From: Eledone cirrhosa
Taxonomy: Eukaryota
Assembly: GCA_964016885.1 (NCBI GenBank)
Contig: OZ024741.1
Span: forward strand, 271,560,001 to 271,624,000
DNA length: 64,000 nt
Direction: 5' to 3'
Positions within the stretch are counted from its first letter, which is position 1, and every line of letters begins with the position of its first letter. The translations under genes were made by a program, and so were the position numbers. The notes below the pieces were generated by a model. It searched no databases, was not told where the DNA came from, and saw only the letters and a list, made by a program, of their open reading frames with translations. Of the stretch, positions 60,301 through 64,000 are shown one piece after another.

Positions 60301-63300
60301 ATACACATTAAACACCTCACATAAGTCACCATTCTCCTACGCTGACCACAGTATACACATTAAATACCTGACATAAGTCACCATTCTCCTACACTGACCA
60401 CAGTATATACATTAAACACCTCATATAAGTCACCATTATCTTACACTGACCACAGTATATACATTAAACACCTCACATAAGTCACCATTCTCCTACACTG
60501 ACCACAGTATATATATTAAACGCCTCACATAAGTCACCCTTCTCCTACACTGACCACAGTATATACATTAAACACCTCACATAAGTCACCATTCTCCTAC
60601 TCTGACCATAGTATACACATTAAACACCTCACATAAGTCACCATTCTCCTACACTGACCACAGTATACACATTAAACACCTAAAATAAGTCACCATTCTC
60701 CTACACTGACCACAGTATACACATTAAACACCTCACATATGTCACCCTTCTCCTACACTGACCACAGTATATACATTAAACACCTCACATAAGTCACCAT
60801 TCTCCAACACTGACCACAGTATACACATTAAACACCTCACATAGGTCAACATTATCTTACACTGACCACAGTATACACATTAAACACCTCACTTAAGTCA
60901 CCATTATCTTACACTGACCACAGTATATACATTAAACACCTCACATAAGTCACCATTCTCCTACACTGACCACAGTATACACATTAAACACCTCACATGA
61001 GTCACCATTTCTCCTACACTGACCACAGTATATACATTAAACACCTGACATAAGTCACCATTCTCCTACACTGACCACAGTATACACATTAAACACCTCA
61101 CATAAGTCACCATTCTCCTACACTGACCACAGTTTATACATTAAACACCTCACATAAGTCACCATTCTCCAACACTGACCACAGTATACACATTAAACAC
61201 CTCACATAAGTCACCATTCTCCTACACTGACCACAGTATACACAATAAACACCTCACATAATTCACCATTCTCCTACACTGACCACAGTATACACATTAA
61301 ACACCTCACATAAGTCACCATTCTCCTACACTGACCACAGTATATACATTAAACACCTCAAATAAGTCACCATTCTCCTACACTGACCACAGTATACACA
61401 TTTAAAACCTAAAATAAGTCACCATTCTCCTACACTGTCCACAGTATATACATTAAACACCTGACATAAGTCACCATTCTCCTACACTGACCACAGTATA
61501 TACATTAAACACCTCACATAAGTCACCATTCTCCTACACTGACCACAGTATACATTAAACACCTCACATAAGTCACCATTCTCCAACACTGACCACAGTA
61601 TACATTAAACACCTTACATAAGTCACCATTCTCCTACACTGACCACAGTATATACATTAAACACCTCACATAAGTTACCCTTATCCTACACTGACCACAG
61701 TATATACATTAAACACCTCACATAAGTCACCCTTCTCCTACACTGACCACAGTATACACATTAAACACCTCACATGAGTCACCATTTCTCCTACACTGAC
61801 CACAGTATATACATTAAACACCTGACATAAGTCACCATTCTCCTACACTGACCACAGTATACACATTAAACACCTCACATAAGTCACCATTCTCCTACAC
61901 TGACCACAGTTTATACATTAAACACCTCACATAAGTCACCATTCTCCAACACTGACCACAGTATACACATTAAACACCTCACATAAGTCACCATTCTCCT
62001 ACACTGACCACAGTATACACAATAAACACCTCACATAATTCACCATTCTCCTACACTGACCACAGTATACACATTAAACACCTCACATAAGTCACCATTC
62101 TCCTACACTGACCACAGTATATACATTAAACACCTCAAATAAGTCACCATTCTCCTACACTGACCACAGTATACACATTTAAAACCTAAAATAAGTCACC
62201 ATTCTCCTACACTGTCCACAGTATATACATTAAACACCTGACATAAGTCACCATTCTCCTACACTGACCACAGTATATACATTAAACACCTCACATAAGT
62301 CACCATTCTCCTACACTGACCACAGTATACATTAAACACCTCACATAAGTCACCATTCTCCAACACTGACCACAGTATACATTAAACACCTTACATAAGT
62401 CACCATTCTCCTACACTGACCACAGTATATACATTAAACACCTCACATAAGTTACCCTTCTCCTACACTGACCACAGTATATACATTAAACACCTCACAT
62501 AAGTCACCCTTCTCCTACACTGACCACAGTATACACATTAAACACCTCACATAAGTCACCATTCTCCAACACTGATCACAGTATACATTAAACACCTCAC
62601 ATAAGTCACCCTTCTCTTACACTGACCACAGTATATACATTAAACACCTCACATAAGTCACCATTCTCCAACACTGACCACAGTATACATTAAACACCTC
62701 ACATAAGTCACCATTCTCCTACACTGACCACAGTATATACATTAAACACCTCACATAAGTCACCATTCTCCTACACTGACCACAGTATACATTAAACACC
62801 TCACATAAGTCACCATTCTCTTACACTGACCACAATATACACATTAAACACCTTAAATAAGTCACCATTCTCCTACACTGACCACAGTATATACATTAAA
62901 CACCTCACATAAGTCACCATTCTCCTACACTGCCCACAGTATACATTAAACACCTCACATAAGTCACCATTCTCTTACACTGACCACAATATACACATTA
63001 AACACCTCACATCAGTCACCATTCTCCTACACTGAGCACAGTATATACATTAAACACCTCACATAAGTCACCATTCTGCTACACTGACCACAGTATATAC
63101 ATTAAACACCTCACATAACTCACCCTTCTCCTACACTGACCACAGTATACACATTAAACACCTCACATAAGTCACCATTCTCCAACACTGACCACAGTAT
63201 ACATTAAACACCTCACATAAGTCACCATTCTCCTACACTGACCACAGTATATACATTAAACACCTCACATAAGTCACCATTCTCCTACACTGACCACAGT

Positions 63301-63507
63301 ATACACATTAAACACCTCACATAAGTCACCATTCTCCAACACTGACCACAGTATACATTAAATACCTCACATAAGTCACCAATCTCCAACACTGACCACA
63401 GTATACATTAAACACCTCACATAAGTCACCCTTCTCCTACACTGACCACAGTATATACATTAAACACCTCACATAAGTCACCATTCTCTTACACTGACCA
63501 CACAGTA
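6333..63507. repeat. Tandem satellite array, 52-bp monomer, about 1,100 copies, both ends inside the window
   Basis: Consensus ACATTAAACACCTCACATAAGTCACCATTCTCCTACACTGACCACAGTATA(T/C); period 52 (gtcacc at 6362 and 6414). Monomers mostly differ by 0-4 substitutions, with rare 41/50/51/53/60-bp variants. Orientation is uniform and no interruption was seen. Confidence 0.98.
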
Positions 63508-64000
63508 AAACAAATACGTATATATTGTACTCATGATGGTGCTCTTCACTTTCTAAACTGTTAAAGTACACTTTTAATATAATATACTCGTCTTCTGGTG
63601 ATGTATACCTGGTTATTTTGGTACCTCTGTAAATTAATTTGTAACTTTTTCTGCACAAATATATATTGATATCATAACCACTTCCATTATTGATTTATTG
63701 ATTCATTGATTCATTGATCTGTATATAAGCTGATATCCTATGTTAATAAACTCTGATGATACCAATTTTGAACCTATTTCTGATGATTGAAATATAAAAT
63801 CATAATGGAACCTTAGATAAAAACTCCTTGTTCTTAAGAAAATTCTAAGATTCCTGATTTTATAATCTCACATCCTCCGGTTTAATCTCCATCAGTTGAA
63901 ATGTGTTAGTTTGACAGCATATTGACTCTTTGGTGTTTCTTATTCTTTAAAATCAGCTCTATATTGAACCCTATTACATCGCGTGACTATCTCCCCCTCC
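63508..64000. other. AT-rich unique flank, no recognisable gene
   Basis: No convincing ORF or motif; only a short degenerate (TTGATTCA)-like repeat at ~63690-63720. Confidence 0.5.

Noticed and set aside
6333-63507. CRISPR array or RT-associated spacer array next to a reverse transcriptase
   Set aside because: Monomers are head-to-tail with no unique spacers, there are no cas genes, and the RT is a eukaryotic LINE with no sequence similarity to the monomer.
6333-63507. Coding tandem repeat or decayed C2H2 zinc-finger array (minus strand reads CGQCRRMVTYVRCLMY)
   Set aside because: The period of 52 is not a multiple of 3 or the 84-bp finger unit, stops recur, and there are no His ligands or TGEKP linker.
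6333-63507. Telomeric repeat
   Set aside because: No TTAGGG-type unit, and unique sequence lies on both sides.
63437-63658. 73-aa minus-strand ORF entering the array (and 6130-6369 leaving it)
   Set aside because: Non-ATG or repeat-derived start, no homology evident, and the length is expected by chance.

Overview
Eukaryotic, repeat-only window with no recognisable host gene. The TA-microsatellite-rich context and the tRNA/CORE-type SINE with a (GAT)n tail suggest a mollusc, probably a cephalopod (inference). Bases 1-6.3 kb are a nest of retroelements around (TA)n tracts. There are two divergently oriented, 5'-truncated RTE-clade LINEs: a decayed copy at 1-1555 (-) and a copy at 3061-6034 (+) with an uninterrupted 859-codon APE-RT frame. 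Both carry a C4HC3 PHD finger inserted inside the RT domain. Between them lie a 249-bp inverted duplication whose arms each contain a type I hammerhead ribozyme of the Penelope-like kind, an interleaved 102-bp inverted duplication, a tRNA-derived SINE and a 116-bp foldback. The SINE and the LINE 3'UTR share a covarying hairpin/H-type pseudoknot RNA module. Bases ~6333-63507 are one complete ~57-kb tandem array of a 52-bp monomer (~1,100 copies) with position-specific higher-order duplications. About 0.5 kb of AT-rich unique flank follows. Most short ORFs in the supplied track are antisense or microsatellite artefacts.
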